From NCBI RefSeq assembly GCF_001194135.2, contig NC_068989.1, positions 118,277 through 182,276 on the forward strand: a stretch of DNA of 64,000 bases. Reading direction: 5' to 3'. The translations under genes and the position numbers were made by a program. The stretch is from Octopus bimaculoides. Lineage: Eukaryota. How positions within the stretch are numbered: the stretch's first letter is position 1; each line of letters opens with the position of its first letter. The notes beneath the pieces were generated by a model. That model was not told where the DNA came from, searched no databases, and saw only the letters and a program-made list of their open reading frames with translations. Of this stretch, positions 26,322-39,008 are shown one piece after another.

Positions 26322-26465
26322 CTGTCTGAATGGATCAAAAACAAAAACCAATCAGTTAAAGACTCCTCTAAAGATGCCACTAATGTATCAGCTGCCTTGT
26401 TGAAACACCAAGCTTTTGAAGCTGAGCTAAAGGCTAACAGTGAATGGCTTCAGTCTTTGAATAAG
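26322..26465 (+). CDS. SPTBN5: E16 spectrin exon
   Basis: cag|CTG...AAG|gtattt; LSEWIKNKNQSVKDSSKDATNVSAALLKHQAFEAELKANSEWLQSLNK. Confidence 0.94.
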
Positions 26466-26734
26466 GTATTTTGGAGTTTTGTAGGATTTTATTTGTTTTG
26501 TTTTTTGATGATGTTGTCAATCATAGTCTGAAAGAACACCATTTTGCAATTTTGTTTCTAAAGTACTTCTGCATCAATCCTGTCCAAAGTGATGGCTATT
26601 TTGGTCAAATTCTTTGGGTCTTTATAATAGTTACAAAACTGACTGTTTCTTTTTTTTTTTTTTTTTTTTTTTTTTTTGTTTTGGTTTTACATTTTAAATT
26701 TGACTAATCTGCATTTTCTCCCATTACCTTACCT

Positions 26735-28620
26735 GAAATAAAAAGATGTTCTGGAAAGAGGTGCAGAGGGTAAGAAAGGTGGTTGAAGGAAGGGAAGAAA
26801 GGGTGAAGGATGTAAATGGAAGCAAGGATGTACAAAGGAGATGGGCAGTGTATTTTAGTGAGCTGTTAAATGTGGAGAATGTTAGGGAGGCAAGTATAGT
26901 GGCTGTTAAAGGAGAGAGGAGAATGCCTGTTGTTGGGAATGGCAGTACGGTGCAATTGGAAGAGAGGTAAGGGAATCCTTGCAGAAGATGGCAAACCGGA
27001 AGGCACCAGATACAGATGGGTATACAGTGGAATGCTTAAAGAAAGAAAGGGGTGACAGTGATTGAATGGTTACTGAGGCTTATGAATGCTTGTTATATGG
27101 CTGGAAGAGTACCAAAGGACTGGTGCAGTGCCTGTATAGTGCCACTGTACAAGGGGAAAGGGGATAAATGTACGTGTAGAAATTTTAAGGGTAGAAGTCT
27201 TCTGTGTGGTTGGTAAACTATATGGGAGAATTCTGATTGTAAGGGGGAGGAGCAGTGTGGTTTTAGGAGTGGAAACGGGGTGTGCAGATCAAATATTTAT
27301 AATAAGGCAGATGTGTGAGAAGTTTTTGGCAAAAGGGAGGGAGGTGTATTGGGCCTTTATGGATTTAGAGAAGGCATATGACCTTGTGGACAAGAATGCA
27401 ATGTGGCAGGTATTGCAGTTGTATGGAGTAGATGGTAGATTGTTGAAAGCTGCTCAGAGTTTTTATAGAGATATTTTGGTGGTGAAGTGAGTGGTTTGAT
27501 GTGAAGGTGGGGTTAAGACAGGGTTGTGTTATGTCTCCATGGCTGTTTAATTTATATATGGATGGTGTGGTGAGAGAGGTAAATGCTAGAACCTTTGGTA
27601 GGGGAACCCAAATGGTGGAAGAAAATGGAGAAAAATGGCAGGTGAGTCAGTTGTTGTTGTTTGCTGATGATACAGCACTGGTGGTGGATTCGGAAGAGCA
27701 ACTGAGGAGACTGGTGGTAGAGTTTGGAAGAGTGTGTGAGAGGAGGAAACTGAAAGAGAATGTAGCTAAGAGTAAAGTGATGTTTGAGAGATGGAATGGC
27801 TGGTAGGATGGATGTGAGTATAAATGGTGAGATGTTAGAGGAGGTGAGCGTTTTTAAGGATCTGGGATCACATGTGACGACAGATGGGGATGGGGTTGGC
27901 TGAGGAAGTGGGATATAGAGTGAGGGGGGGAGTAAAATATTTGGAGTTGTGAAAGTTATGCTGAGATATAAAAGGTTGAGTATGGAAATAAAAAGAGGTG
28001 TGATTGAGCTGACAATGTTATATGGTGCAGAGATGTGGGGGCTGAGAGAGGCAGAAAGGAGGTGACTACGTGTGTTTGAGATGAGATGACTGAGGGCTAT
28101 GGTTGGTTTGACACGGATGGACAGAATGAGGAGGTGTGAAGGCAAGCAGGAATGAGAGAAAAACTAACAACCAAAATGGATAGATGAATATTGAGGTGGT
28201 TTGGTGGACATGGAAAGGATGGTAAGGAGGGTGATGAAGGCAGCAGAACCAGAGGCAGACCTCAGTTTGTGTGGATGGATGGAGTGAGGGAAGCTTTGGT
28301 GGTTAGAGGTGTTGGAGTGAGAAAGGCAAGAGAGTTTCTAAATGATTGGAAAGCTTGGAGAGTGTTTGTGGATGGATGAGTGAATCTGGATGTTGCTCAA
28401 AGGAATACAGCACCAGCATGATGCGGCAGGGGTAAACCAACATATGCTGTCAGGCCGCGCTGCTGATATTAGGGGTTGCATTCTATGCCTTGACCCGAGC
28501 ATAGAATGGAGCTCACCTCTTTGAGATGGGAAATGAATGGAATGTCTGCTGTGTGTCTTGTTGTGGCTACTCCCTCCTAAAAAAAATGGGGAATAGGCCT
28601 GGGTAGATATGAAAAAAAAA
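26735..28620 (+). mobile_element. 5'-truncated RTE-like LINE of a second, divergent family (G-rich, A-tailed)
   Basis: NKKMFWKEV, FMDLEKAYDLVDK, GLRQGCVMSPWLFNLYMDGVVREV, LLFADDTALV, RWFG..GRPQFVWMDGV; many frameshifts; ends A9. Confidence 0.88.
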
Positions 28621-29097
28621 TACCTTGCTCCAATAGGAAGAAAAGATTAAATACTATGTTTCTGTTTTAGTTTACTTGAAGTAATATAAAGAGAGACTAT
28701 ATGTGATGAGTTTTATTTTCCTGTAGTAGAAAATAAGAGAAATCTATATTTTAAAGTACAAATAGAAAGATATATTTTTTTTTTTCCAATGTGCAAGAGC
28801 AGCCATATATAGGATAAAATCCTAGAAGAAACTTGCTCTGGCTGCCACACAATGGACTGAACCCAAAACCATTTGGTTGAAAACTGAACTTCATAACCAC
28901 ACAGCTATATTTGTGCCACACACACAATATTCATTTCATGCTAAATGTCATATCTATTTGAATAAATTTTCAAGTGTGTGTGTGTGTGTGTGTGTAGAGT
29001 AAAAACTTACTGATCAAATGATTTTTGTTCATTTTACATTAATAAAACTGATGTTTATGATTTTGTTTTAATGTTTATATCATTTATTCTTTGGTAG

Positions 29098-29271
29098 GAT
29101 GGAAAGGCTATGCTTGATTCTGGTCATGAAAACTCTAAAGAGGTGCAAGAAATTCTCAGTCAAGTGAATAAACAGTGGGAAGAATTATATAAAAATTCTG
29201 TAAATCAGTCCAGTACTTTAAACCATGCTTCACAGATAGGAAATCTCAATAAGAGTGTTGATGATTCCATT
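29098..29271 (+). CDS. SPTBN5: E17 spectrin exon
   Basis: tag|GAT...ATT|gtaagt; DGKAMLDSGHENSKEVQEILSQVNKQWEELY...SVDDSI. Confidence 0.92.
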
Positions 29272-29708
29272 GTAAGTTTTGATTCTCTACTTTTCTGTTA
29301 TTATATTCCAACTTTTCTGTTAATGCTTAAACATGATAGGGATTTTTACTGCTAATATTTATAGTTGAAAGATGAAATATTTAATAACATTGGATATTGA
29401 TTAAAAAAATTAAATAAAACAGACATCTATATTGTATTACAACTACTTGAAGCCAGGGGGTTGAATATTGCTATGAAGAAGTTAGGTTGATTGTCTCCTT
29501 GTGGTTGTAAAGTGTTGATGACTTGGGATTTGCCATATCTGAGTGAATTATATGATCTGATCTCTAAAGTACAAATGCTGGACTTAAAAATTGAACAAAG
29601 TGAATTATAAATGCATTCCTTTGATGTTTTCACTAAATATTTATTGAATATTACTCAAACTAAGCATTAGAACATATTTTATTTTACAATTTTTTTTTTT
29701 AATATTAG

Positions 29709-29798
29709 GTAAGTATAACAGAACTTGGTAACAAAGTCAGATGTGAAGATGTTGGGTCTGATCTTCGGAATTGTAAAGATCTTCTAAAGAAACACCAG
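29709..29798 (+). CDS. SPTBN5: E18 spectrin exon (begins with GTAAGT)
   Basis: tag|GTAAGT...CAG|gtttgt; VSITELGNKVRCEDVGSDLRNCKDLLKKHQ; the only in-frame acceptor nearby. Confidence 0.88.
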
Positions 29799-30179
29799 GT
29801 TTGTATTTTTCCTTAACTCTTTAATGGATATTATCTCTACAAGCATCAAGAATTGTAATTTGATCCTGACTATATTTAAAATTTGATCTACGGGAATCAT
29901 ATTTTCCAAACTCTCATTTTATGATCCTTTTGAGTTGGTTGCATCCAGCTATATAGTCACAAGAATATTTTCAATAAAGTGTCCATTTATGAAGGATAAA
30001 GTATTTTCAAAAACATTCCTAATATATTCCCCTTTTTAAGAGCACTTTCTGCTCACTAAACTTACAAATAATTTAGGTTTCTATGTGCCCATAAAACTTT
30101 TATCATATAAATGAGGTTTTCAAAGGTACAAATGAAGTTGGATTTAATTTTCAATTTTTTCCCCTTGTCTAAAATTCTG

Positions 30180-30950
30180 ATCCTTCCAAAAGATTGGGAC
30201 ATGTTCTGAGTTGGATGGTTTGATTAATAACTGGTAAGCTGAGGAGCTGCACTAGGTTCCAATCTGGTTTAGCATAGTTTTTACAGCTGGATGCCCTTCC
30301 TGTCACCAACCATTCCAAGAGTGGGTGCTTTTTATGTGCCAGTTGCGAAACACCAGCATTGACCACAGCTACAATCTCACTTGGCTTGACAGGTCTTCTC
30401 AAGCATGCTATATTGCCAAATGTTGTGGTCACTGCCACTGTGAGGTCCCAAGTTCAAAGGATGCTTTTTACGTGCCACTGGCATGGGTGCCAGGTACATG
30501 ACACTGGCAACAGCCATAACTGTGATTCCACTTGGCTTGACGATTCTTCTCAAGCACAGCATATTGACCAACATTCGAAGGGTGCTCTCTACGTGTCACT
30601 GGCATGAGTGCCAGTTACACTACACTGGCGTCAGCCACGACTGCAAATTCACTTGGCTTGATGGGTCTTCTCAAGCACAGCTTATCACCAAAGGTCTCAG
30701 TCACTTGCCTTTGCCTCCATGAGGTCCGAAGTTAGAAGATCGTGCTTCATCACCTTGTCCCATGTCTTCTTGGGTCTACCTCTTCCACAGGTTCCCTCCA
30801 CTGTTGGAGGTTGGTACTTCTTCACACTGCTCTCCTCATCCATAAGCATCACATGACCTTACCAGTGCAGTCATCTCTCTTGTACACCTCATCTGATGCT
30901 TCTTATGCCCAACATTTCTCTCAAGATGCTTACATTTTTGTGTAACATCC
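30180..30950 (-). mobile_element. RTE 3' end (UTR tandem units plus ORF C-terminal remnant)
   Basis: UTR motif, repeated cacttggcttgac...cttctcaagcac units, then catgtcttcttgggtctacctcttccacagg (GRGRPKKTW antisense). Confidence 0.8.
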
Positions 30951-31599
30951 ATATTAATTATTGTCAATGACTGATATGAAGATAAATAAATTTGACCAGT
31001 TTTTAACTTATTTGCTGACTTGGCTGACTGGAAGCAGCAGATAAGAGTTAATTCCGACATGTTCAAATGAGATGATTTTATAAATAGGAAAATTCGACTT
31101 AAGTAGATTCATAGCGCCTCCACAGCAAGAAACCTGTTCTGTTCTGGCCCATCCTCTCACACTCTAATCCTTCATACCCTAGCATAAAGCTGCCTAAAAC
31201 CTCTGTAGTAGCCCTCCCAGTTTAAGGAAATCCTAGTCTTTCAGGCTGCATGGTAACTTCATTATTGCTTGTACCACACAAAAAAGAAAGTATCCTGTAT
31301 CTGCTATAAAAGGGCTGGTGTTAGGAAGAGCATCTAGCCATAAAAAAAAAACCCATGCCAAAGCAGACACTAGAGTCTAATTCAGTCTTCGGACCCATCA
31401 TATCCAACTAAACTGTCCAATCCATGCTAGCATTGGAACGTAAACATTAAATGATGATGATGATGATAATAAGGTACAAATTAGGTTAGCAAAATTATCA
31501 ATTTACAAATATATTTACTTTTTTCTTTTTACCTTTTTGAAAATTGAAAATGAATTCTAGTTTCTTTCTTGAGAATTTCATTCTTATTTTATTCCTCAG

Positions 31600-31730
31600 A
31601 ACCTTGAAAATGAGAAAGCATCAATTGGAGAGAATTTGAAAGTTATAACTTGCCAAAGTCAAGAATTAGCTAAAGCTGATCCCAAAAACAAAGCTAACAT
31701 TATTCAGAGTGTAAATGAAGCTAATATTGA
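31600..31730 (+). CDS. SPTBN5: E19 spectrin exon
   Basis: cag|AAC...GA|gtaaga; NLENEKASIGENLKVITCQSQELAKADPKNKANIIQSVNEANIE. Confidence 0.9.
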
Positions 31731-32293
31731 GTAAGACACTTTTGAATTCTTAAACTTTACCAGAAACAAAGAATTTCTCATCTTTTTCGTTAGCTTACCA
31801 TATTATCCTGAGGCCTTTAACAGTTGAACATACATATTAACACATGTGACAGGCTTCTTTGAGGTTCTGCCTACCAGATTCACTCACAAGGCTTTGGCCA
31901 ACTCAGGGCTATAGTAGAAGAAAATTGTCCAAGGTGCCATGCAATGAGACTGAACCTGGTAAGCTGTGGCTGGGAAGCAAGCTTTTTACTGCTCAATCAT
32001 GCTGGCACCTGTTAAAAATGTAGTTGATTTTAAAGAAGTTTATTTTCATTTCATTATTTCAGATATAAGTTAATTCTTCTTTTTGCAACATTAAAGAATC
32101 ATTTCAAAGGATTTTTTTCTGATCAAATTAACAATCCATTTAGTTTGACTAAATTTTATTTTTTATTTTTGTAATACTTGTGATTTATATTGTGTAATAT
32201 TAGTTATGTTGTTTCAAATATTGTTATCTATAGCTTGGTTTTTTTTTATGAATTTTATTTGATTAACTCTGACTGTTTTCTTTTTTATTTCAG

Positions 32294-32480
32294 ATTTGAA
32301 AAACTGACACCTAAGTTTAATTCCCGTAAGCAAACTTTGAATCAAGCTTATGGTTGGCACCAAATGAATTTTGATGTTGATAATGAACTTCTATGGATCA
32401 AAGAAAAGCTACATAGTGTCTCTTCTACTAATTATGGTAAAACCCTGTTGGAGGCTCAGAATTTGCACACAAAACATCAG
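32294..32480 (+). CDS. SPTBN5: E20 spectrin exon
   Basis: cag|A...CAG|gtatga; FEKLTPKFNSRKQTLNQAYGWHQMNFDVDNELLWIKEK...LHTKHQ. Confidence 0.94.
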
Positions 32481-33508
32481 GTATGATACTCTGTGATTTT
32501 GTGGGCACATTTTCTTTCCCAATTTTGGTAACAACACAATATCTACAGATATTTCTTAAAATAAAAACAAAATCATCTTGTGTGTTTTGTTTATTAGTGT
32601 TTTTTTTTTCTGTTTACTATTGTACACTATTGTCCATTTACTTTGTGATTTACTCATAAACTATTTCAAAAGTTACAATGTCTACACTTCACTGATGAGG
32701 TCTAATAAGACTGAATCAAGTTTAGAGTTGTTCCCCTTACTTGCTGAACGATATAAATAATGTTAACCATTGACTAATATTGTTTTCCTTTCCCAATTTT
32801 TTTGAGTTTTTTGATTTTAGCTTTATTGATACCTCTCAGAAAAGTGTGTTACTTAAAAATTAATAAATTTATTTGTTAAAAGAAAAAATTATGTTTTTAA
32901 AATATTTAAAAATGTAATGCTTTTATATTTTTGAAAATTGATTCTCTTTATCAAAACTGGACATTTAGTGGGGAATGATCCTAATTAGCTTTTGTTTGGG
33001 GTTCAGGGTATCCATCATTTAGGAAATATGGACTGAAATAATAGCCTGTTGCTTCTTGAAACTTCTGAAATTTTAGATGGTTGACTTTGTATTCCTGCTT
33101 TTAGCTGTTTATATCAATGTAGCTTATTAGAATTCACTATTATACTTCATGCAACTCAACTCTGATTGTGTATACTTGTAATCAAATTCATTCCCACATT
33201 GTTCATTCTACCTGTCCCCTCAAGTATAATGTAGTTTGGATTACTGTACCTAATGTGCCCTTTTTTCCTAAATTTAAAATGGAAATTTTATAGAAAATTG
33301 AAATAGGAATTAATTAAAATTTCAGGCTTTTATTGAATTTCAATTTCACTTTCTTATTTTGATTCATGAAAAGTAAATCACTGAATTGATTTTTTTATAA
33401 AATATATTAAAAAAAAAAAAAAAAGGTGTCCTTGTGAAATTCTTCTCTTTCATATTTAAAACTATCGCTTCATTTCTTTTTGTTTTTTGTTTTTTTCTTT
33501 ATTTTTAG

Positions 33509-33709
33509 AAATTGGGTGTTGAAATTCAAGGTCATCAACCCTTGATAGACAAAGTTTTATCTACTGGAGCAAAACTCATTCAGGAACAACACTTTGCTTC
33601 TAAGTCTATAAAAGACAAATGCCAGGACCTGCAACTCTCTTGGGATGACCTACTTCGTAAATATAAGATCAGAAAGAAGAATCTAGATTTGTCTTTACAA
33701 ACTCAGAAG
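33509..33709 (+). CDS. SPTBN5: E21 spectrin exon
   Basis: tag|AAA...AAG|gtataa; KLGVEIQGHQPLIDKVLSTGAKLIQEQHFAS...SWDDLL...LQTQK. Confidence 0.94.
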
Positions 33710-33879
33710 GTATAAATATTTATTTAAGTCAAATGATTACTTCCATAAGAAATAAATATTCACAATTGTTTGTATTAGTATTTAGTAGAAAGGATCAAAA
33801 CCTATGACCCTTTTCTCTCCATTCATCACCAAGCTATTAATTTTGATATAGTTTGGTGTTCAGTTTGAACATCTGATTA

Positions 33880-34170
33880 TCAACATCTGCTGAGGTAGAT
33901 GTAGACGATTCTTGAGGTCTGAGTGAGGAAGTAACTTGCTATTCTGAGGTGCAGTATCCATTGTAGTTTTAAAAGAGGAAACAGCATGCCTCCTACATTG
34001 TTATAGTTTTAGAGTAAGTAATGAGGAGACAGTAGTGTGAAGGAGAGAAAATCTTTGCCACTCAACTGAGTGTTTTGATTTTAGATGAGGTCTAATACGT
34101 ATGTGTAACAGTTCTTTGCCAGATGTGTGAACAGTAATTCATGGTGTTTCTCACTTCTACTCCATACAGT
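33880..34170 (-). mobile_element. Degenerate LINE fragment related to 24230-25040
   Basis: Minus strand VRNTMNYCSHIW and NVGGM..F...YNGYCTSEIA-like residues (frameshifted). Confidence 0.5.
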
Positions 34171-34404
34171 CACTAATTTTCTGGCCCTAAAGAGAAAAAC
34201 CAATTTTTGGCATGCAGTTTTATTTTTGCTACGTTATGAATGTTAGTGAGATTGCTAAGGGAGATGATCTGTAATTGTGAGGCCTAACGTTTAGAGTGAT
34301 TTTGAGGATTTTAATTGTATGTTGGCCCATACTAGAAAATGTGAAAGAGAAGACTATCCTTGATGTGTGTAATAATTGTCTCTTTGTTTTGTTAAAGGGA
34401 TGAG

Positions 34405-35020
34405 ACTCATCATCATCATCATTTTACGTCTGTTTTCCATGCTGGCATGGGTTGGACAGTTCGACTGGGGTCTGGGAAGCCAATCTGATCTGGCAGTGTT
34501 TCTACAGCTGGATGCCCTTCCTAATGCCAACCACTCCGAGAGTGTAGTGGGTGCTTTTTACGTGCCACTGGCACAAGGGGCCAGAGGAGCTGGCATCGAC
34601 CACGATCGGATGGTGCTTTTTACGTGCCACCGACACAGAAGCCAGTCGAGGTGGCACTGGCATCGGCCACATTCAGATGGTGCTTTTTACGTGCTACCAG
34701 GACGGGGCTCACAACTACAATTTCCATTTGATTTGATTTTGATATTGCTGATGTTGATGTACTTGACTCAATAGGTCTCCTCAAGCACAGTACTTTTGAG
34801 TGGGCTGGTTTTGCGACACTGGTGTAAGTTACAGCTGTGTACTCACTTTATTTGCCGGGTCTTCTCAGTCACAGCATACCTCCAGAGGTCTCTGTCTTTT
34901 GCCATTGCCTCTGTGAGGCCCAACATTCAAAGGTCATGCTTCAATACCTCATCCCATGTCTTCCTGGGTCTCCTTCTACCCTGGATTCCTTCCACCGTTT
35001 GGGAGTGGCACTTCTTCCAT
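34405..35020 (-). mobile_element. RTE 3' end
   Basis: (CAT)n, UTR motif, hairpin units, ORF C-terminal remnant. Confidence 0.82.
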
Positions 35021-35937
35021 TTCAATATTGGGAAATGTCTTTGAGGTCTCTGCTCTTGGTAATGATACAGGTTTGACATAAAGTGTCTTGATGGCATGTG
35101 GATGATGCTTGTGTATGGAAAGTTACGGTGGAATGGAGAGTCATTTCATCTCCACCAAAGGGAGCATTAATAGAAATGTTAACAAACCTGGGGTGGGAGT
35201 GCTTATCTCTCAATCAGAGATATATGATGGTGATAACACTAATTATTGTAGAAATTTTTAGATGACAAACATTTCATTTCATTTCGATTTCAGTAGCATC
35301 AGCCTTAGCAGGGTGTGAAAGCTAAAAACAGTTGTAGTATTGAAGTAAATGAGGACAATAATTTAAGTTCAAATCCTACCAAATTTTAGTTAAAATTCTG
35401 ATCTGGTTGATAAACTAAGTATCAATTATAAACTCATGTAGTTGATTATATTCTCTCCATCAACCTCTTTCAGCAGCTGAACTTAGATTTGAATAGATAT
35501 TCATTTCATTGCCATCGTTAATCAAAGTAGATTCATTTATTTCTGCTCATTATATATTTCAGTGTTTGTTTCCACATCATTTACTGATCATGGAATCAAT
35601 ATGATATTAGAAATATAATCCTGACACCACAGCTCTACGTTCTCTCATTCTTTTATTTATTTATTTATTTTAGCATATATTTTACTTCCTTAAAATTACT
35701 GATAGATTTCTATGGACATATTATGTGTTCATTGTATTTTTGAACCCATTGATTAAACAAGCAAATTATGCAACATATTAGCCAGTTATTGGAATTATTT
35801 TGGACCTTTTTTTAAGGTTCAAATGCTAATCAAATCTTACATGTACCAGTTTGTGTCGGAAAAAATTCTTTTTCCAGTTAAATTTATTTCATTTTGTTAA
35901 TCACGATAAAAATGGACTTCAAAATTTGTTTTCAAAG

Positions 35938-36168
35938 TATTTATCAGAAGTAGCAGAAGTAACTAGCTGGATTAACTACCAAATGGAGATTTTATCAAGC
36001 ACGGATTATGGTAAAGATGAAAATGCTGCTGACAGGCTGTTGGCAAAGAATAAGGTGTTAGAGACTGACCGACAGACCTATCAAGGTGTGGCTAATGCAC
36101 TTGGCAAAGAAGCTACCAGACTCATTAAAAGTGGCAGTGATAATCCTTCAATGATTCGTAAAACACAG
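35938..36168 (+). CDS. SPTBN5: E22 spectrin exon
   Basis: aag|TAT...CAG|gttaga; YLSEVAEVTSWINYQMEILSSTDYGKDENAADRLLAKNK...IRKTQ. Confidence 0.92.
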
Positions 36169-36636
36169 GTTAGAATTTTCTTTAAAGACTTTTCTCTAAG
36201 AACACAATTTCTTTCTAAATAGTTGCACATTATAGTTTATGCTTGTATTCATTGAACATATTGAAGATTTGGAGAGTTCTGGCTGCCTGCTGAAAGGGTA
36301 ACACTTCAAATCCCACCAAGTCCCATTGAAGTCACTTTTGTCTTTCATCCTTCCAGGATTGATAAAGCTCTAGCCCTGTACTGGGGGGACACACAAACAC
36401 ACTCACATCCATTCACTCACTCACTCACTCACTCATTCTTCTATGAGTAAATGGTTAAAACTTTACAGTAAATACAATGGTTGAAATTTTTTTTACTTTT
36501 TTTTTTAATTGTTTTGTAAATGTGATATTGATTTGTAAAATATATCTTGTACAATTTTATAACAGTTGTATTCTATTTGTTGACAGTCTTTTACATGTTT
36601 TTTTTTTTCTAATCAATTAATAACTTGTCCATTTAG

Positions 36637-36819
36637 GATGGTCTGTATGATATGTTGAATAAACTGAAACAGCTCTCAGCTGAGCGCCGTGTTAAACTGG
36701 AAGAGTCGAAAAATATTCATGCGTTCCGAAGAGAACATGCAGACTGTGAAGAATGGATTGCAGAACAGATGCAGATAGCTTCTTTGGAGGAATATGGAGA
36801 AGATTATGAACACTTCGAA
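36637..36819 (+). CDS. SPTBN5: E23 spectrin exon
   Basis: tag|GAT...GAA|gtaaga; DGLYDMLNKLKQLSAERRVKLEES...EEWIAEQMQIASLEEYGEDYEHFE. Confidence 0.94.
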
Positions 36820-37465
36820 GTAAGAATCTGAGCACTTTGAAGTATTCGATTATTTACCTGTTACTTTATATGATGTTTATAATTAGCTATTTCCCTTTTT
36901 CTGTTCTGAAATAGAATTACATATTAACTTGCTTGTTACAAGTAGAATTTGTTTTGTTAAAAGATAAGCTGAGTAAAGTTTTAAATGTTTTTAATCATCA
37001 CATTAGCAATCTATTTTATATCTCCAAATGAAATTTGTCAGATTTATTCAGTTGGTTTTATCTACTTCTGTTTTTGGCTTCATTTGTCGGAAATTAACAT
37101 TTATAAATTTTCAAGATTATTTTATATTTGTTCATTGATGGTCATGAATATACAAACCTTCTTTATTCTCTTCACAACTTAGCTTTGATTCCAAAACATT
37201 TTGAAGGCATTTTGATTTACGTTATGAAAATCTTTGGAAAGGCACAATCCTTAAAATATGTACCCTATCTACTATATCCTAAAAATCTCAAGCTTCCTAG
37301 TTTTCCCTTAATAATTGAACCTTTTTTATATTTTTCATATAACTCACATACAATTTATTCATATACTTAAGTCATCACAGCCCGAAAGGTAATCTACTTA
37401 AAAAGCCTTGATATTTTTTTAGTTGAAATTTTCTTACCACTACTTCAATGTTTTATATTATCCAG

Positions 37466-37611
37466 GTATTGCAAGGTAAATTTGATGAATTTAAGTGGAA
37501 TATTGAAGCAGGTGTTGAACGTTTCAATCGATGTGACAAACTTGCTGGCTTATTAATAGAAGGAGATGGACCATATGCCAATGAAGTTCGCAAGAAACAA
37601 GAAAGTTTAGC
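37466..37611 (+). CDS. SPTBN5: E24 spectrin exon
   Basis: cag|GTA...GC|gtgagt; VLQGKFDEFKWNIEAGVERFNRCDKLAGLLIEGDGPYANEVRKKQESLA. Confidence 0.93.
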
Positions 37612-38369
37612 GTGAGTGTGTTTTCTCTTGTCATGCTTAAAGACAAATCTTGAATTCTAAGATGAATAAAATATCCCTCCAAAAAAAAAAAACAAATCCA
37701 GAATTTATTAAGATTATAATAAACTGAAGCTTCTATTCCGACAGTTTATACAAAGTCTGAGTTGTTCGAACTTTCCATCACCCATCAATATTATGTTACA
37801 ATTAGCTCTGTTTATAAATGTTTTTTCAACTGCATGATTAAATTTCACAATTTGTTTAATTGCTTGGAAAATCTACTTAAGATATCTAATGCTACAACCG
37901 ATATCAAAGTTGAGGTCAAGAGAGAGAGAGAGTGAAAGGAGTATAATCTTTTTCGACAAGAAGTTTTTTTTTAAAAACCCTTGTTTTGTTTAATTTCTGG
38001 GATAATTTGAATTTATTTTTAAATAATAATTTAAGCAGCTTAATTTTCAAAATTATAGAAATGATAATTAGTTGGATTTTATTGTTCCTCTCCAAAGTTG
38101 AATTTTTTTTTTTCTGATTCGCAGAAATAATAAGTTTAATTAAAATAACTTGGAATATTTGGTTACATTCTTCTATGTCTTACAAAGATGACTTGGTATT
38201 TCATCTTTTTGGTTCATAAAAGAACATTTTCTGTAAATTGCTGATTCTAATCCACTCCTACAAACATTAATCTTGTATTAATATTTACAGGAAATGAAAC
38301 AGAAATGATCTTAACCTTCAATACTGCAAAAGTTTCCATTCCAAAATCAAATTTTTCTGACTATTCCTA

Positions 38370-38760
38370 GGTGCACCCATGTCTGTGTGTAGGTAAGAAG
38401 TTTGCTTCTCAACCAGATGGTTTGAGGTTCAGACTCACTGTGTGGCAAGTGTCTTCTGCTATAGCCCTAGGTTGACCAAAGCCTTATCAGTGGATTTGAT
38501 AGAAGGGAAACTGGAAGAAGCCTGCTGTATCTACATATGTGTGTGTGTGTCGCTGTCTTTTTGCCTTGTGATATTTGTCAGCCTGTGTTACTGTCATGCA
38601 AATGTTCTTCATTTCCTATCTTCTGTGAAAACATGCTTAGGTCGGGGGGGGGGGAACATGAGGGCTAGCAACAGGAAGGGCATCCAGCCAGAGAAAGTCT
38701 GCCTCCACATATTTCTTCTCACTCGTGCAAGCAGGGAAAAGTGCAATGATGATGATGACC
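38370..38760 (+). mobile_element. tRNA-like SINE family 2 with (TG)n middle and RTE-type tail
   Basis: GTAAGAAGTTTGCTTCTCAACC...GGTTCAG...AAGTGTCTTCTGCTATAGCC...AGGAAGGGCATCCAGCC...(GAT)n. Related: plus 60655-60830; minus 31815-32010, 28790-28920. Confidence 0.7.
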
Positions 38761-38893
38761 TACTGGTCTTGTGGTTATTTTCATTGGTTTACATCATTAT
38801 CATTCAATTTTTGATTGACTTGGCCTTTTTGTGTTGTGTTTGTTTCTACTGCAATATCTCAGTACTTTATCTATAATGTCTTTTGTTTTGCAG

Positions 38894-39008
38894 AGACTCT
38901 TGGAATCAGCTGCTGGTTCAGATAGAAACACGTCAAGAAAAGCTGCGTGCTGCAAGTCAGCTGCACCGTTTCAGTCGCGATGTTGCTGATGCTCTCGATA
39001 GAATCCAG
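38894..39008 (+). CDS. SPTBN5: E25 spectrin exon
   Basis: cag|A...CAG|gtaaga; DSWNQLLVQIETRQEKLRAASQLHRFSRDVADALDRIQ. Confidence 0.94.

Noticed and set aside
34376-34774. Recurrent ORF family (LQLDALPNANHSESVVGAF...) seen at several loci
   Set aside because: Antisense reading of the non-coding RTE 3' UTR repeat, not a gene family.
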